Assembly: GCF_009914755.1 (NCBI RefSeq)
Contig: NC_060931.1
DNA: 64,000 nt
Source: the human T2T-CHM13v2.0 reference genome, Homo sapiens
Strand: one strand, 5' to 3'
Below, in pieces: positions 1 to 12,270 of the stretch. A program made the position numbers and the translations under genes. The notes beneath the pieces were generated by a model that ran no database searches, had not been told where the DNA came from, and saw only the letters and a list, made by a program, of their open reading frames with translations. Position 1 is the first letter of the stretch. Each line of letters opens with the position of its first letter.

Positions 1-315
1 AGAAGCAAGACCCAGATCTAAATTTGCTTGCCCCCTCAATATAAGTTGTTCTTTTCCTTGTTCATTTCTAAAACATTCTTTTGAAAATTATAGCAAAAGG
101 AGGTCAACCTGTCACATCAAACACAGATGTGACATCAACCAGCAAAGTTCTTCTCACAGGGATTCCCCACACGTGGCCTTAAAAGTAATGATAAAAATTT
201 GATTTGGGTAATACCGGATACCCAAGATATATTTCTTGGCCAAGGACAATTGAAAGTTGGTTGTGTGTTTGGATTTCTGGATTCTTTGAAACCATGACCT
301 ATAATTCAAGGTATT

Positions 316-724
316 TACTATGGTTTGGAAGTTTTGTTCCCTCCAAATCTCATGTTGAAATATAATCTCCAATGTTGGAAGTGGGTCTGGTGGGAGGTTT
401 TTGGGTCATGGGGATGGATCCCTCATGTATGACTTGGTGCTGTCCCCATGGTAATGAGTGAGTTCTCACTCTGGTAGTTCACTTGAAAGCTGGTTGTATA
501 AAAGAGCCTTATACAACCTCTCCTGCTCCCACTCTCACCATGTGACATGCTAGCTCCCCCTTTGCCTTACACAATGATTGGAAGCTTCCTAAAGCATCAC
601 CAGGAGCAGATGTTAGCACAATGCTTCTTAGCCTGCAGAACCGTGAGCCAAAAATAAACCTCTTTTCTTTATAAATTTCCCAGTCTCTGGTATTCCTTTA
701 TAGTGACACAAACAGACTAACATA
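316..724 (+). mobile_element. MaLR LTR, MSTB/MSTA-type
   Basis: Runs from tactatggtttgg...ccaaatctcatgttgaaa through gcctgcagaaccgtgagccaaaaataaacctcttttctttataaat to gactaacata, matching the MST LTR layout. Confidence 0.9.
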
Positions 725-782
725 GAAAATTGGTACAAAGTAGTGGGGCATTTCTATAAAGATACCTGAAGATGTGGAAGCA
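725..782 (+). mobile_element. Start of MST internal region (MST-int)
   Basis: gaaaattggtac...ctataaagatacctgaagatgtggaagc directly after the LTR is the typical start of MaLR internal sequence. Confidence 0.8.
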
Positions 783-1112
783 TAGTGCCAGTATTTGCTT
801 CTGTGGGGGCCTCAGGAAAGTTACAATCATGATGGAAGGTGAAGGAGGAGCCAGTGTGTCACATGGCAATAGAGTGAGTGAGGGAATAGAGTGAGGGTGA
901 GAGAAAGAGAGAGATACCAGGCTCCTTGAAACAACCAGATTACACATGAACTCACAGAGTGAGAACACACTTATTACTGTGAGAATAGCACCAAGCTATT
1001 CTTGAGGGATCTGCCCCCATGACCCAAATATTTCCCACTAGGCCCATCTTCAACATTGAAGGTCACATTTCAACATGAGATTTGGTGGAGACAAAACATC
1101 GAAACCCTATCA
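776..1112 (-). mobile_element. Partial MST LTR, opposite orientation
   Basis: ggcctcaggaaagttacaatcatg...ttcaacatgagatttgg...aaaccctatca is the reverse complement of the 5' three-quarters of an MST LTR. Confidence 0.88.
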
Positions 1113-1319
1113 GTATTCTTGAAGATCTTATAGTAGTTAGAAAGGCAGAATCCTTCTTCCGTCTTGTTTGTTCCCTCAAACCACATTGACTGAGGCCCTC
1201 CTGGGTACACACTTAAAAAAGAGCATGGTTTCTTTGAGGTTTCTTGGGAATGGAAAGAAACCTCAAAGAACATCATCCAGAGTGATATACTGGAGGTCTA
1301 CTAGTTTTTTTGCTTGGCA

Positions 1320-1512
1320 TATTTGGGTTCAAATCCCTATTCTGCCACTCAGCTGCCATGCCCTTGGCAAGCTATTTAACCTCCCTGAAACTCAGCTTCC
1401 TTATCTGTGAAGTGACAGTAATAATACTATCCTCAAAGGGTTGTTACAAGAATGAGGTTAGCAAACCTATATAAAGCACCTGGCATGATGCCTCCCTCAT
1501 TAAATGTCAATT
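1320..1512 (+). mobile_element. MIR SINE
   Basis: gggttcaaatcc...cttggcaagctatttaacctccctgaaactcagcttccttatctgt MIR core. Confidence 0.75.
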
Positions 1513-2049
1513 CCCTTCCCTGCTTTCTTTCCTATCTAGGAAGAGGCAATTGTCCAGGAAAAATAAAACTCATTCCTGGGAGGTCTGGAGTGACAACTGC
1601 TTCTACAGCATGGCACACTGCCAAATGGGAGACAAAGGCACAAAGGATGACTTTTGAGGTGAATGCTGTTTAGTCTTTGTGTTCCTGGTGTTGTCTCCTG
1701 GAGACTAATGGCAGAGGCACTGGCCACTTGCCTGCTCCCAAGAGCAGGCCATGGAGAAGCTGGTTTATTATGGGCATTTTGCACTCTGTACATGCATACA
1801 CGGAGGCCTCTCAGCTCTCCCTTGGCCTCGGTGGCATTGCTTCACATAGAGAAGCCAGAATTGTGAGGCTTCCCCAGATGACTTAGGAGTGCATGACAAC
1901 CCACATAAAACCATATTCTATTCAATAGAGAGAGAGGGGCTCCTGCTTTGGCCAGCTGAAACTCAGTTGCCACTTACAAATAAGGGAGAATTCCTTGGGC
2001 TAAAAGCACAGGTCCAGAGGTTGTCAGTTAAATAACATCAATTAAGTTC

Positions 2050-3740
2050 AGAGTTTTATCACCTCAACTATCTCATGCAATATCCTATAAGAATAAAAGG
2101 AGACAAAAAGAATGTGGTGAAGACATTAGAGAGTGAGAAATTTCAACAGATATTTGGAAGCAGAAAAGGGAGGGGAGAAGGTAAAATATGGCTATTCTAC
2201 CAGAGAAGAGAATGCTATAATCTAAATGCCTATACTCTGCTAAATAAGAGTTTGTTGATTCTCACTGCAGAACCCTGAGAAGACCCCCAAGACTTGAAGG
2301 AATCAAGTTCAGTGGAAAGTAGGGGTGAGGATGGACTGGAGGACAGAGGTCTTAGCCTGCATTCCTATCCCCGTGATGCTGGCAGCCAGACGGATGCCTC
2401 TCCCACCCACTTATGCCCAGGTAGCAGACTAAAACATTCTTCTCTTGAGAAACTGAGGAGCTCTAGAGAAAATAACACAATGTACCATTCATGATTCTCC
2501 AAAAAGAGACTGACTAAAAAGTTGCTCAACTGCCCTACAGGAAACAGGAAAGCCCAACAATCGACAAGACCCACCCACATAGAGAGGGCTTGCTGTTAGC
2601 TTGTAATGCTCTTAAATACAAACGGACAATGATTGTCATGCATTTAAGAAAAGCCTTCTAAATGATATGAGTCAAAAACAAATAACAAAAAGGAACCTGG
2701 AAGAAAAATCAATACAATGCAGGGAAGAGATGAACTTTTAGAGAAAAAGAGTAACTGATATCTACAGCGATAAGATAAAATATTGCAGAGAAGAAACAAG
2801 AATAGGATGCTACCCAAATAATAGGAGAAGAGAATGAGAGAGCTATTAGAAACGAAAAGTACATTAGAAGAAATAAAAAGATTCAACACAAAGGGTAGAG
2901 ATGAGCTTGAAAAAAGTCTAACATAAAGGAAGACAAAAAGACAAAGACATGGAAAATAATACAAAAGATCTTTAAAAATGAGAAAACAATCAATTACGCT
3001 CAGACATCTGACTGAGATGAGTTCCAGAGGGAGCAAAATGAGAATAGAAGGAAATAAATTATCAGAGGAATAGTGCAGTAACATTTCCAAGAATAAGACA
3101 TAAATTCCCATATTAAAAGGGTCCTCACACTGCCCAGTGTAAAGAGAAATAGGACACACATCAAGGTACAACATCATGAAAGTTCGGACCAGAACTAGAG
3201 AGAATATACTAAGAAGTTTCCAGAGAGGGTGAAAAAAGTGCAGTTGGCATAAGAAGAACTAGAATCAGAATCATAGCTCTCAATTATAATACAAAAACCC
3301 AAAAGCAATGCCTTGTTTTGAGCAAAATATTTCTCAACCTGGAGCTTTATGCCTAGCTAAAATTTCAAACAAATGTAAGAGTAGAATAAAGACATTTTAA
3401 GACATGCAAGTTTTCGAAAAAGAAAAGTATCCCTTTTCTCAGGAAGCAATAGAGGATGTGCTCTCCCCAGGGCTCAACTTGACTTTTCTCCTGATTTGGA
3501 TTTTCTGTTTTTTGGGTCCCATGTCAAAATGATATACACACTAAATATTGACGATGGAGGCCAATGGATAATGTAAATACACTGGGAGGATACAGAGTGG
3601 GGAAATGGGACTGGTGGTCTAAGGAAACTGAATCTTTGTTTACCAGAAGAGGAGGTCAATGGATTATGTCTAAACTAAAGAAAGCAATAACGGTGCTACA
3701 CGCATGTATTATTTTGATAAATCTATATTAATTTAAAATA
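2050..3740 (+). mobile_element. HAL1 / ancient L1 5'-ORF1 remnant
   Basis: A-rich ORF1-like decay including gtagaataaagacattttaagacatgcaag and ctcaggaagcaatagaggatgtgctc; boundaries approximate. Confidence 0.65.
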
Positions 3741-4594
3741 AAAAGGACCAAAGCTGAACTATGACTCACCATGCAATTTATACTGGTCACGTCCAAAGTA
3801 TAAGTGACTAATGATCCAGTTCAAATGCATGGCAGAAGGAACCCTTCAAACATCTCTTTGAGATCTGAACTCAATTTGGTTTTCCTCTTCAAGGCTTCAG
3901 GAAAAAATAGATATATATTTTTAGCTCCAAGAACCTGCCAAAGTCCTCCCATATGAATTGTGGTTAAAAACTTCATGTCTCCCAAGCTGGTGAAAATAAG
4001 GGTCAAACTACAAAAGAAGATCTCAGCATGCTCAAAAATTCCATGGTTGCATTGACCAACGGGATAGTGGGAAATGGAGACAAAAGGCACATTTCTAGCT
4101 AATGGTGATGGAAGAAACCACACTTACCCCCTTTCTCTCCTAAATTTCCAATAAAAGGGACATGAGATAATTTTCTTTTTTTAAGGTATAAGCCTGGAAA
4201 AACAAAGAAAATGAGAGAAGATACAATAGCAAAAATATTTAGGAACCTGACAAGCAAAGAGATGAGTAATAACTGATTCAGGAGACCCATGGAAAAATTA
4301 AAATGCACAGTAACTGGTAGCAACATGGTCCTCTGGAAGAGAAAGGTGGAAATGGAAAATTGGGTAAAAATCTGATGAAGAATCAGATATCTAGATTCAG
4401 TGACCTATTCCACCTAGATAGACAATTTCCTTATCCCAATAAGACTGAAGGTTTAGTCTTTGTGGATGATAAAGTAGAACATCTCTGGAGGGAGAAGGAC
4501 ATACACTCCTCTTCCCCGTTAGCTCCCAGAATGTTGGCAGATAAGCGTCCAGCTTCCATTCAGCCTGGATCTCCTAAACTCAATCCATCCTCCC

Positions 4595-4770
4595 TCTTCA
4601 TCCTCCCAAGCAGCTGGGACTACAGGGATGTACCACCACATCTGACTTTTTTTTTTTTTTTTGTATTTGCGTGTTGCCCAGGCTAGTCTCAAACTCCTGG
4701 GCTCAAGCAATCCTCCTGCCTTGGTCTCCCAAAGTGCTGGGATTACAGGCGTAAGCCACCACACCTGGTC
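4595..4770 (-). mobile_element. AluJ, partial
   Basis: gctgggactacagg...poly-T linker...ctcctgggctcaagcaatcctcctgcc...cccaaagtgctgggattacagg. Confidence 0.9.
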
Positions 4771-4944
4771 TGGAAAATTTTTTTCTTAGCAATTTAGACC
4801 AGTCCAAGAGAAAAGTCCAACTACACTATATTAGAAATTCTGCCCCAAAACAGCTTAACTAGATAACAGAGAAGCCCACAATCCATAAGAACCACCCCCA
4901 CCATTTTCTCTCTATCCATGTATACAGCTTACAACTGGAGTTTT

Positions 4945-5288
4945 ACTTACTTGTATTTAGTTTTATTCTTTTTAGAGACAAGGTCTTGCTCTGGTGCCCA
5001 GGCTGGAGTGCAATGCTCTGATCATGGCTCACTACAGCCTCGACCTCCTGGGCTCAAACGATCCTCCTGCCTCAGCGTTCTGAGTAGCTGAGACTTGCAA
5101 GCTCGTGCCACCATACTCGGCTAATCTTTTATTTATTTATTTTTGCAGAGATTGGGCCTTGCTACATTGCCCAGGCTGGTTTCATGACCCTGGCCTCAAG
5201 CAGGCAGCCTCCCAAAGTATTGGGATTACAATACTGCCTCAGCCTCCTAAAGTACTGGGATTATAGGTGCAAGCCACTATGCCCAGCT
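4945..5288 (-). mobile_element. AluJ with TSD and internal duplication
   Basis: Dimeric Alu; TSD ttacaactggagtttt (4929-4944) / ttacaactagagttct (5289-5304). Confidence 0.92.
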
Positions 5289-5494
5289 TTACAACTAGAG
5301 TTCTAGTGTCCTTCTCTTAAATATGAGCAGTCAGGAAACGCCAGACATCTGACAAAAAATACATAATGAAATAGATGGAGATTAGAGAGAGACAGAGATA
5401 GAGAGAAGTGGGAAAGGGGAGAAACTGAGAGGAAAGAGATTTTTTAAGGAAATGGAAACTTTAAAAAAACTACTACCCTCCATACTTTACCACC

Positions 5495-7220
5495 ACATCA
5501 ACAGGGCTCCTGTATAATAACAGGGGATTTAGCTAAAAGAACTCCAAGCCGCAGACCCCATTTAAGGAGTCTCTAGGAAAACTCAAAAACAACCAGAGAG
5601 ACAGAAACAAGAACATTAGAGGAAATTTTATTGCAATAAGGCAACCCAATTCCTCAAGAATTAGGCCTTAGAATTAGACTCTACATCAGTTCTTTTATCT
5701 GATACATCATATATGGCTTTCAACAAAAAATTATAAGCCATGCTAAAAGACAAAAACATAATCTGAAGTAATAAAGTATAAAAAACAGACTCAAATATGG
5801 CAGAGATTTTGCAATTATCAGACAGGGAATTAAAATAACTAAAATTAATATACTAATGGCTCTAATGGAAAAAGCGGACAGTATACAAAAATAGATGGAT
5901 AATGTAAGCAGAGAGAGGGAAACTCTAAGAAAAAAAAAAAAAGGAAATGCCAGAAATAAATTTTAAAAAACAGTGTAAAAGAAATGAAAAATGACTTTGG
6001 TGGACTCATCAGTAGAATGGACATGGCCAAGGAAAGAATCAGTGAGCTCAAATATATGTCAGTCACTAGAAACTTTCAAAACTGAAATGTAAAGAAAAAA
6101 AAAAAGATAGAACAGAATATACAAGAACCTAGGACAATTACAAAAGGTATAATATATGTGTAGCAAGAATACCAGCATGAGAAAAAGAGAAAGAGACAAA
6201 GAGAGACAGGTAGGGTGAGAGGGAGGGAAGGAGGGAGGGAGGGAGGAAAGGAAGGAAAGAAGGAAGGGAGGGAGGAAAGGAAGGAAAGAAGGAAGGGAGA
6301 GAAGGAGGGAGCAAGGGAGGGAAGGAAGGAATTTAAAGTAATAATGGCTGTTCCTACAGTGGAACAAGGATAAGAATTGCATTGAACTTCTCATCAGAAG
6401 CCCTGTAAGCAAGAAGAAAGAAAAGTAAAATGTTTAAAGCATTGAATGAAAAAAAGCAAACAAAGTCAAAAAATACCAACTTAGAATTCTGTAGCCAGCA
6501 AAATTACTCTTCAAAAGTGAAGAACAAATAGGCTTTCTCAGATGAACAAAAACCGAGTAAATTTATCACCAGTAGACCTACCTTGCCAGAAATGTTAAAA
6601 TAATTTCTTCAGAAAGAAAGAAAATTATGCAAGTCAAACTCAGATCTACATAAGGAAAGGAAGAATATTAAAGAAGAAATAAATGAAGACGAGATAAAAT
6701 CTTTTTTCTTAATTATCAAATAAAAGTTTGTTAAAAGTAATAATAGTAATCATACATTTAAGGATCATAGCTTATGAAAAAGTGAAATCAGTAACAGCAA
6801 TCTTATAAGGGACAGGAGGGATGATTGGGAATTCTCTATTATAATCATGAAGCAGTAGAGTGTTACTTAAAAGTGGATTTGGATCTGTTGTATATGTATA
6901 TTGCAAATTCTAGGGCAATCAAAAAGAAATTTTTTTAAGTATAATTAATATACTAAGATAAAAAATAAAATAAAATTTTGTAAAATGCTAAATTAAAACC
7001 AGAGAAGACAAAAAAGATGGAAGATAAAAATGAAACACAGAAGGGAGACTTATAGAAAAGAGTTACAAATATGGTAGACATTAATCCAACTATCTCAGTA
7101 ATCACCTTAAAAGTGAGTGACTTAAATATGCTAATTTGAAAACAGAGACTGTCAGCATGGATAAAAAAGCAAGACAAAAAAAAAAAAAAAAAGCAAGACC
7201 TAACTATATGTTGTCCACAA
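5495..7220 (+). mobile_element. L1MD-type 5' end / ORF1 / start of ORF2 remnant
   Basis: ggctctaatggaaaaagcggac, ggactcatcagtagaatggacatggccaaggaaagaatcagtgagct and ttagaattctgtagccagcaaaattactcttcaaaagtgaag are L1 ORF1 motifs. Confidence 0.75.
6180..6330 (+). repeat. GA-rich polypurine tract
   Basis: (GGAA/GGAG)-rich run with an internal direct repeat. Confidence 0.9.
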
Positions 7221-7378
7221 CAACAAAAACAACAGAAACTATCACATTTACCTTCATTGAGAGAAGGGAATAAAAAAGAAGTCTTAGAAATTAAGAATAT
7301 GATAAAAGCAATTAAAAATTCAGTCAAAACATTGAAATACAGGTTGAGAAAGTCTTCCATAGAGTACAGAAAAAAAAC

Positions 7379-7402
7379 CACACACACACACACACACACA
7401 CA
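7379..7402 (+). repeat. (CA)12 microsatellite
   Basis: Seen directly. Confidence 0.95.
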
Positions 7403-8383
7403 GAAGGAGAAATAGAAAAAAATAAGAAAATTAGAAAATCCATCCAGGACACAGTAAAAGTTAAAAGTATTTCCCAGGCCATAATTCCAGAAGAAAATTC
7501 TAGAGATTCAAAATACCACAACCTCAATCCTCCCCTAAACATTTATTGGGCACTCATTTCATACCTGTACCATGACAAAGACCAACATTTGACACAAAAC
7601 CCGTATGAAATTGTTCCTTCCTTGTTCTAATAAGTGTGTAAGGTGCACTGCATGAATGTTCATGATTTGGAAAATCTAGCCATGGTTTCCTCCTGAATTT
7701 CACATTGCCAGATATAAGCCCAAGTGCCCTCTGGCCTGGTCCATGCCTACAGACCCAGGCAGGCAAGCAGTGCCAGAGCATGGAGATTGTAAATGGTATC
7801 TGAGTCACTCAGTACAGTATGCCAGCTAACACAAGCTTCTGTGCCAATATTCGTGCCTTCTTGTCAGTTCAGCCTTACCCCTGGCACATATATATTCTGA
7901 TTCATCTGGCCTTCACTCCAGGACTTCAGGTAAAATAAGGACCTTTGGCCAAAAGAACATGCATAAAATTGGCCACAAATACTATAGGAGCAAAGGAATG
8001 AAGAAAAATGGAAGCTCGGCATTCAGGTACATTTACTGAGGGCCCACCCTTCTCTGGACACAGCATGAGTCACTGAGGGTACAAAATTAACAAAATGTAC
8101 TCATATTTATGACAAGGGACCCCCTCATAGTGTTGTTATGATGGCCAGAAAAACTAGATAAAAACTAAATATTTGAAAATTTTAAAAAAGATTATTTAAA
8201 TCATGGTAGAGCCATATGAAGAAAGGGATAACATAGGCTTTAATAATCACAGAGAGATGGATTTATATGTAAGGACAGATGTTTATCACTGAGCAAGGGA
8301 AGAGATGGCAAAATAGAATCTATTTTTGATTCCAACTTTGTTTTTTTAAAAAAGCACAGAGAGCCCATCTAATACGTCTGAAT

Positions 8384-8594
8384 CAGGATTTCTCAGACTC
8401 AGCACTACTGATGTTTTAAATTGGATAATTCTGGGTTGTGGGGGCTGTCCTGTGCATTGTAGGATGTTTAGCCACATCCTGGCCTCTACCCAATAGGTGC
8501 CAGTAGTAACTCCCCAGTCATGACAACCCAAAATGTCTCCAGACATTGTCAGATGTCCCTGGGAGGCAAAACTGTCTGCAGCTGAGAATCACTG
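8384..8594 (-). mobile_element. MER20 (hAT-Charlie), complete
   Basis: Full MER20 pattern with termini cagg...cactg and 8-bp TSD gtctgaat/gtctaaat. Confidence 0.9.
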
Positions 8595-9015
8595 GTCTAA
8601 ATGAAGAAGTCTGGAAGGGCACGCAGCAGAGATTTTGATTCTCACTATTCAACAAAGTCTTCACCATGGCTGCTCTCTCTGCTTGGTAGAATAACAGGTG
8701 ATTTGTCTTTTCATTTCATTTCTTTTCTTTTCTTTTCTTTAGAGGGAAGAGGGCCTCTGAGGTGTCTTTAAAGATTTTCATGGCATAAGCATAGGTTTTC
8801 TGAGAAGCTATTATTTTAAAAATACTGCACAGTCAAGATGAAACAAAGAACTCACTTGGTCAACAGAGTTTGTTAATAAACTCAAAGTGAAATGTACTAT
8901 TTCTGCACATGGACTTGGGATGTTCAACTTAGATATATTTGAAAGAGATGATTTTTTAAATTCAGAGAATAACAGCATTTTGGAGTTGGAAAAGACCTCT
9001 AGCATTCCTCTAGCT

Positions 9016-9222
9016 CAGGGGTAGACAAACTAAGGCCATGGGTCAAATCCAGCCTGCTACTGCTTTTGTAAATAACATTTTTTGGAATCCAACCATGGGA
9101 ATGGTCTGTGGTGGCTTTCACACTACATCAGCAGAACTGAGTGGTTGCCACAGAGACTGTATGTCCCAGAAAGCCTAAAATATTTACTGTCTGATCCCTT
9201 GCAGAAGGATTGTACCCATCCT
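9016..9222 (+). mobile_element. MER58A (hAT-Charlie)
   Basis: caggggtagacaaacta...aaagcctaaaatatttactgtctg. Confidence 0.85.
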
Positions 9223-9274
9223 CTCTCCATGTGCAGGTATCTCCTCTAGGACATTAGGCCTTGGCTGGTGGCCT

Positions 9275-9450
9275 CCGTTTTTAAAACCATCAGATCTCAT
9301 GAGACTCATTCACTATCATGAGATTAGCACAGGAAAGACCCACCCCTATAATTCAATCATCTCCCACTGGGTTCCTCCCATGACACGTGGAAGTTGTGGG
9401 AGTTACAATTCAAGATGAAACTAGGGTGGGGACACGGCCAAACCATATCA
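9275..9450 (-). mobile_element. THE1A/B LTR, 5' half only
   Basis: ttttaaaaccatcagatctcatgagactcattcactatcatgag...ggggacacggccaaaccatatca. Confidence 0.9.
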
Positions 9451-9751
9451 TTGAAGGACTAACCTCAGTCTATGCACCACTCTAATAAGATGCCAATGAA
9501 TCATCATCCCTCAAGATGGTACTTCTGCCACCAACCTAGCAGCCTTTCAGAGACTTCCCTCTGATTAAGCCACAGAGATGGGTGGTGTTTTCTGAGCGTT
9601 GAATTCTGAGATCAGAGGCAGGTGGGAAGTAACAACTGAGCTTATTGGAAGATGACTTTAATTGCCTGAGAAGAAACTACAATTCTCCTTGAACTCCCCA
9701 GAGAAATTTCAAAAACTCCAGAGCAGCTCTGAGCACAACTACACATTGGTG

Positions 9752-9875
9752 ACCAGTAAAATATCTCACATTGAGATACATGAAAATATCTACCAGTAAA
9801 ATAGCTACCAGTAAAATATCTCACATTGAACATACTCTCACATTGAACACATCTCACATTGAACATACTTTCACA
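9752..9875 (+). repeat. Mosaic micro-duplication cluster
   Basis: accagtaaaata x3 and tctcacattga x4, interleaved. Confidence 0.85.
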
Positions 9876-11394
9876 AATTGGAGGGTGCTGTTAGGGAATG
9901 CAAGGGGAGGCAGTGGACTGACACAAATTAAACTTGATAGTGAGGCCTTTCACAGACATACCACAGCAGGGAAGAGGGTTTCACATAAACCAGATGGCAA
10001 AACAGGGCTTCTGAGAGTGAGGAGCTATTCCCATCTTAAAAGACTCGGGTCTTCCTGTCTCTTTTCAAGAGAAAACTCAAGGGCATTTTCCAAATCAGGC
10101 TCATAAGGACCAAAACTCTTAAAAGCCTGCAAAAATATAAGAAAATTAAATCAGTAAGTACCAAAATTATATATAACTAGTTCACCATCCCTAGATTTTC
10201 AAGCTTTGAGCAGAGGAGCAGATGTGAAGTGATGATAAGAATCTGTTTCTGAGACACTAAAGACAGTAGGTTTGAACACAGATTCTAAAATCTTCTAAAG
10301 AATAGTACCACATTCATAGCATTTTAAAGACACAAAATTGTGTAAGGTACAAAGGATTGGTTATATGAAACTTGTCAGAATCCTTCCCCCATCATGAGAT
10401 GGTGCAGGAAACAGGGGTGGGATGAGGTGGCAGGCAAGGATAGCTTGATCACAACCAATTAGCCTGGGATTGTGGAACCATGGTTGGGATTTGGATTCCT
10501 CTGGAGCCACAGAGGTGTTGGGAGCCAGGAGCCCACCAGGTCAATGTCTGTTGGGGAAACTGAGATTCAGACCAGGAGACCTCTGGACCATAGTCAGACA
10601 GCAGCTAGAACTAAGTTCAGAGCTAATAAGGCAGATTGTGAGCAAAAAAAGCTTGGAAATGCTGAAGGTGTACCCCTACTATGTGGAGATTGGTAGCTCA
10701 CTTTATGAATCAGTATATGAATGCCATAAGAGTGTAACTCACACTGTCTTAAAGAGAAGAAGGGTAGACAAAACAAAATTCAGTAAGAAATCCACATCAG
10801 TTACCTGCTTGCCCACTCTGCAAGATAATATAGATGGTCAAATAAATGAAGCTGATTTTCCTTGATGTTCTCCCAGTCTCATTTTGGTATCTTCACACAA
10901 AGTGAGAGTTACTTACAATTCTGCCTTAACTCATTTGTGGCAATAATATTATCCTTCAGTTGTGAAACCATAATTCTGTTCCCAAACAGATGGGCCATTA
11001 GAAACCTAAACTTTCTAAACACACTGAGAATCATAAGGGAATCCTTGTATTGAAGAGCACGTGTCTCTCTCAAGATGGACATGAGATCTCTTGTGGGTTT
11101 TCCCAGGACTTGGGAAACTCATCTTAGATTGCTGGAGAGCCCTCATTACTCAGCCTTTGTCACCTCCAAAATGATGTTTTCTATCTTCTCCTGCTTCCTT
11201 ATTTTCCTCTTCCTTCATCTTTTTTCATCTTCTTCCCTCCTCCTTCTCCTCTTCTTCTTTTTCTTTATTTTTCCAAAATTTATTATGTGAACGATAAATG
11301 ATCCAACTTCATTTTTGACAAATATTTTGCCAATGGCTGCAACACATTTTATTGAGATAACTATCCCTTCCTGACCAATTTTAAAAACCTAATT

Positions 11395-11705
11395 TTAGTT
11401 TTCTTTTTTTAGTTTGTTTGTTTGTTTGAAACAGGGTCTCGCTCTGTAGCCCAGGCTGGAATGCAGTAACAGAATCATAGCTCATGGCAACATTGAGCTC
11501 AAGCAATCCTTCTGCCTCAGCCTTACAAGTACCTAGGACTATAGACACATGCCACCACATCTAGCTGCTTTTTTTTTTTTTTAGAGATGGGATCTTGCTA
11601 TGTTGCCCAGGCTGGTCTTGTAATCCTGGCCTGAAGCAATTCTCCCATCCTGCCCTAGCCTCCCAAAATGTTGGTATTACAGGCAAGAGACACTATGCTC
11701 AGCCT
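11395..11705 (-). mobile_element. AluJ
   Basis: gaaacagggtctcgctctgtagcccaggctgg...ctcccaaaatgttggtattacagg. Confidence 0.9.
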
Positions 11706-11723
11706 TAAAAAGCTTTCTTGATT

Positions 11724-11744
11724 ACATATAAAACATATATATAC

Positions 11745-11806
<62 letters not shown>
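11724..11806 (+). repeat. Compound (AT)n(GT)17(AT)11 microsatellite
   Basis: Seen directly. Confidence 0.95.
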
Positions 11807-11808
11807 CT

Positions 11809-12145
11809 CAAACTCCTGCCTGCTTCTTGGTTATTGTGATGCTTCAACTTTGATCAGAGGCAGTAAAGACATACTCCTCCTCTTCCCCTAAGAGTAGCAG
11901 TATTATCTTATGAGGTTTTCTGAGTACATTTAGGAGCATCCTTTGGCAATGAGGTAAGTATAGCTCTGTGCTAGAAGGAAGGTAAGTGCATCAAATCTTC
12001 TACAAATTGAATAGCATATGAGCACCCCCATAACAGTTATAGGTATAGAAATAAAAGGAGAAATGGGTTGACTAAGATGCTATCAAATCATGACATGAAG
12101 TTTCAAAGCACCCTGTAGTTCCACCCGAGGGAAGAGTTATATTTA
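11809..12145 (-). repeat. Inverted duplicate (derived copy) of 15067-15405
   Basis: Manual alignment to the reverse complement of 15067-15405 gives about 38 mismatches and 2 gaps over about 340 bp (about 88%). Confidence 0.95.
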
Positions 12146-12166
12146 TAAATATAAATATATTGTCCT

Positions 12167-12197
<31 letters not shown>

Positions 12198-12270
12198 GGA
12201 TGTGGATATATTTGGATCCATATATATATTTATTATGTTTACATATATAAATATTATATATATATATCTA
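12146..12270 (+). repeat. (TA)n-rich tract
   Basis: (TA)14 at about 12170-12197 plus degenerate TA repeats. Confidence 0.9.

Larger units (their letters stand above)
4110..7510 (+). mobile_element. Second HAL1/L1M 5' remnant, interrupted by two Alus and an L1MD
   Basis: L1M-like 5' UTR at about 4110-5480; ORF1-like sequence resumes at about 7250-7510. Confidence 0.5.

Noticed and set aside
110-134. 9-bp hairpin tgtcacatc/gatgtgaca and nearby kappaB-like GGGATTCCCC (159-168)
   Set aside because: Both are short enough to occur by chance in 64 kb; no supporting context
2644-3177. 177-aa ORF, the longest in the track
   Set aside because: Antisense to an A-rich HAL1/L1 remnant; the Leu/Phe/Ser-rich composition is an artefact
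9752-9875. CRISPR-like repeat appearance
   Set aside because: Primate DNA; repeats are 11-14 bp, irregular, with no unique spacers or cas genes
10470-10865. 131-aa ORF in non-repeat-looking DNA
   Set aside because: Non-ATG start, no recognisable domain and no convincing splice context
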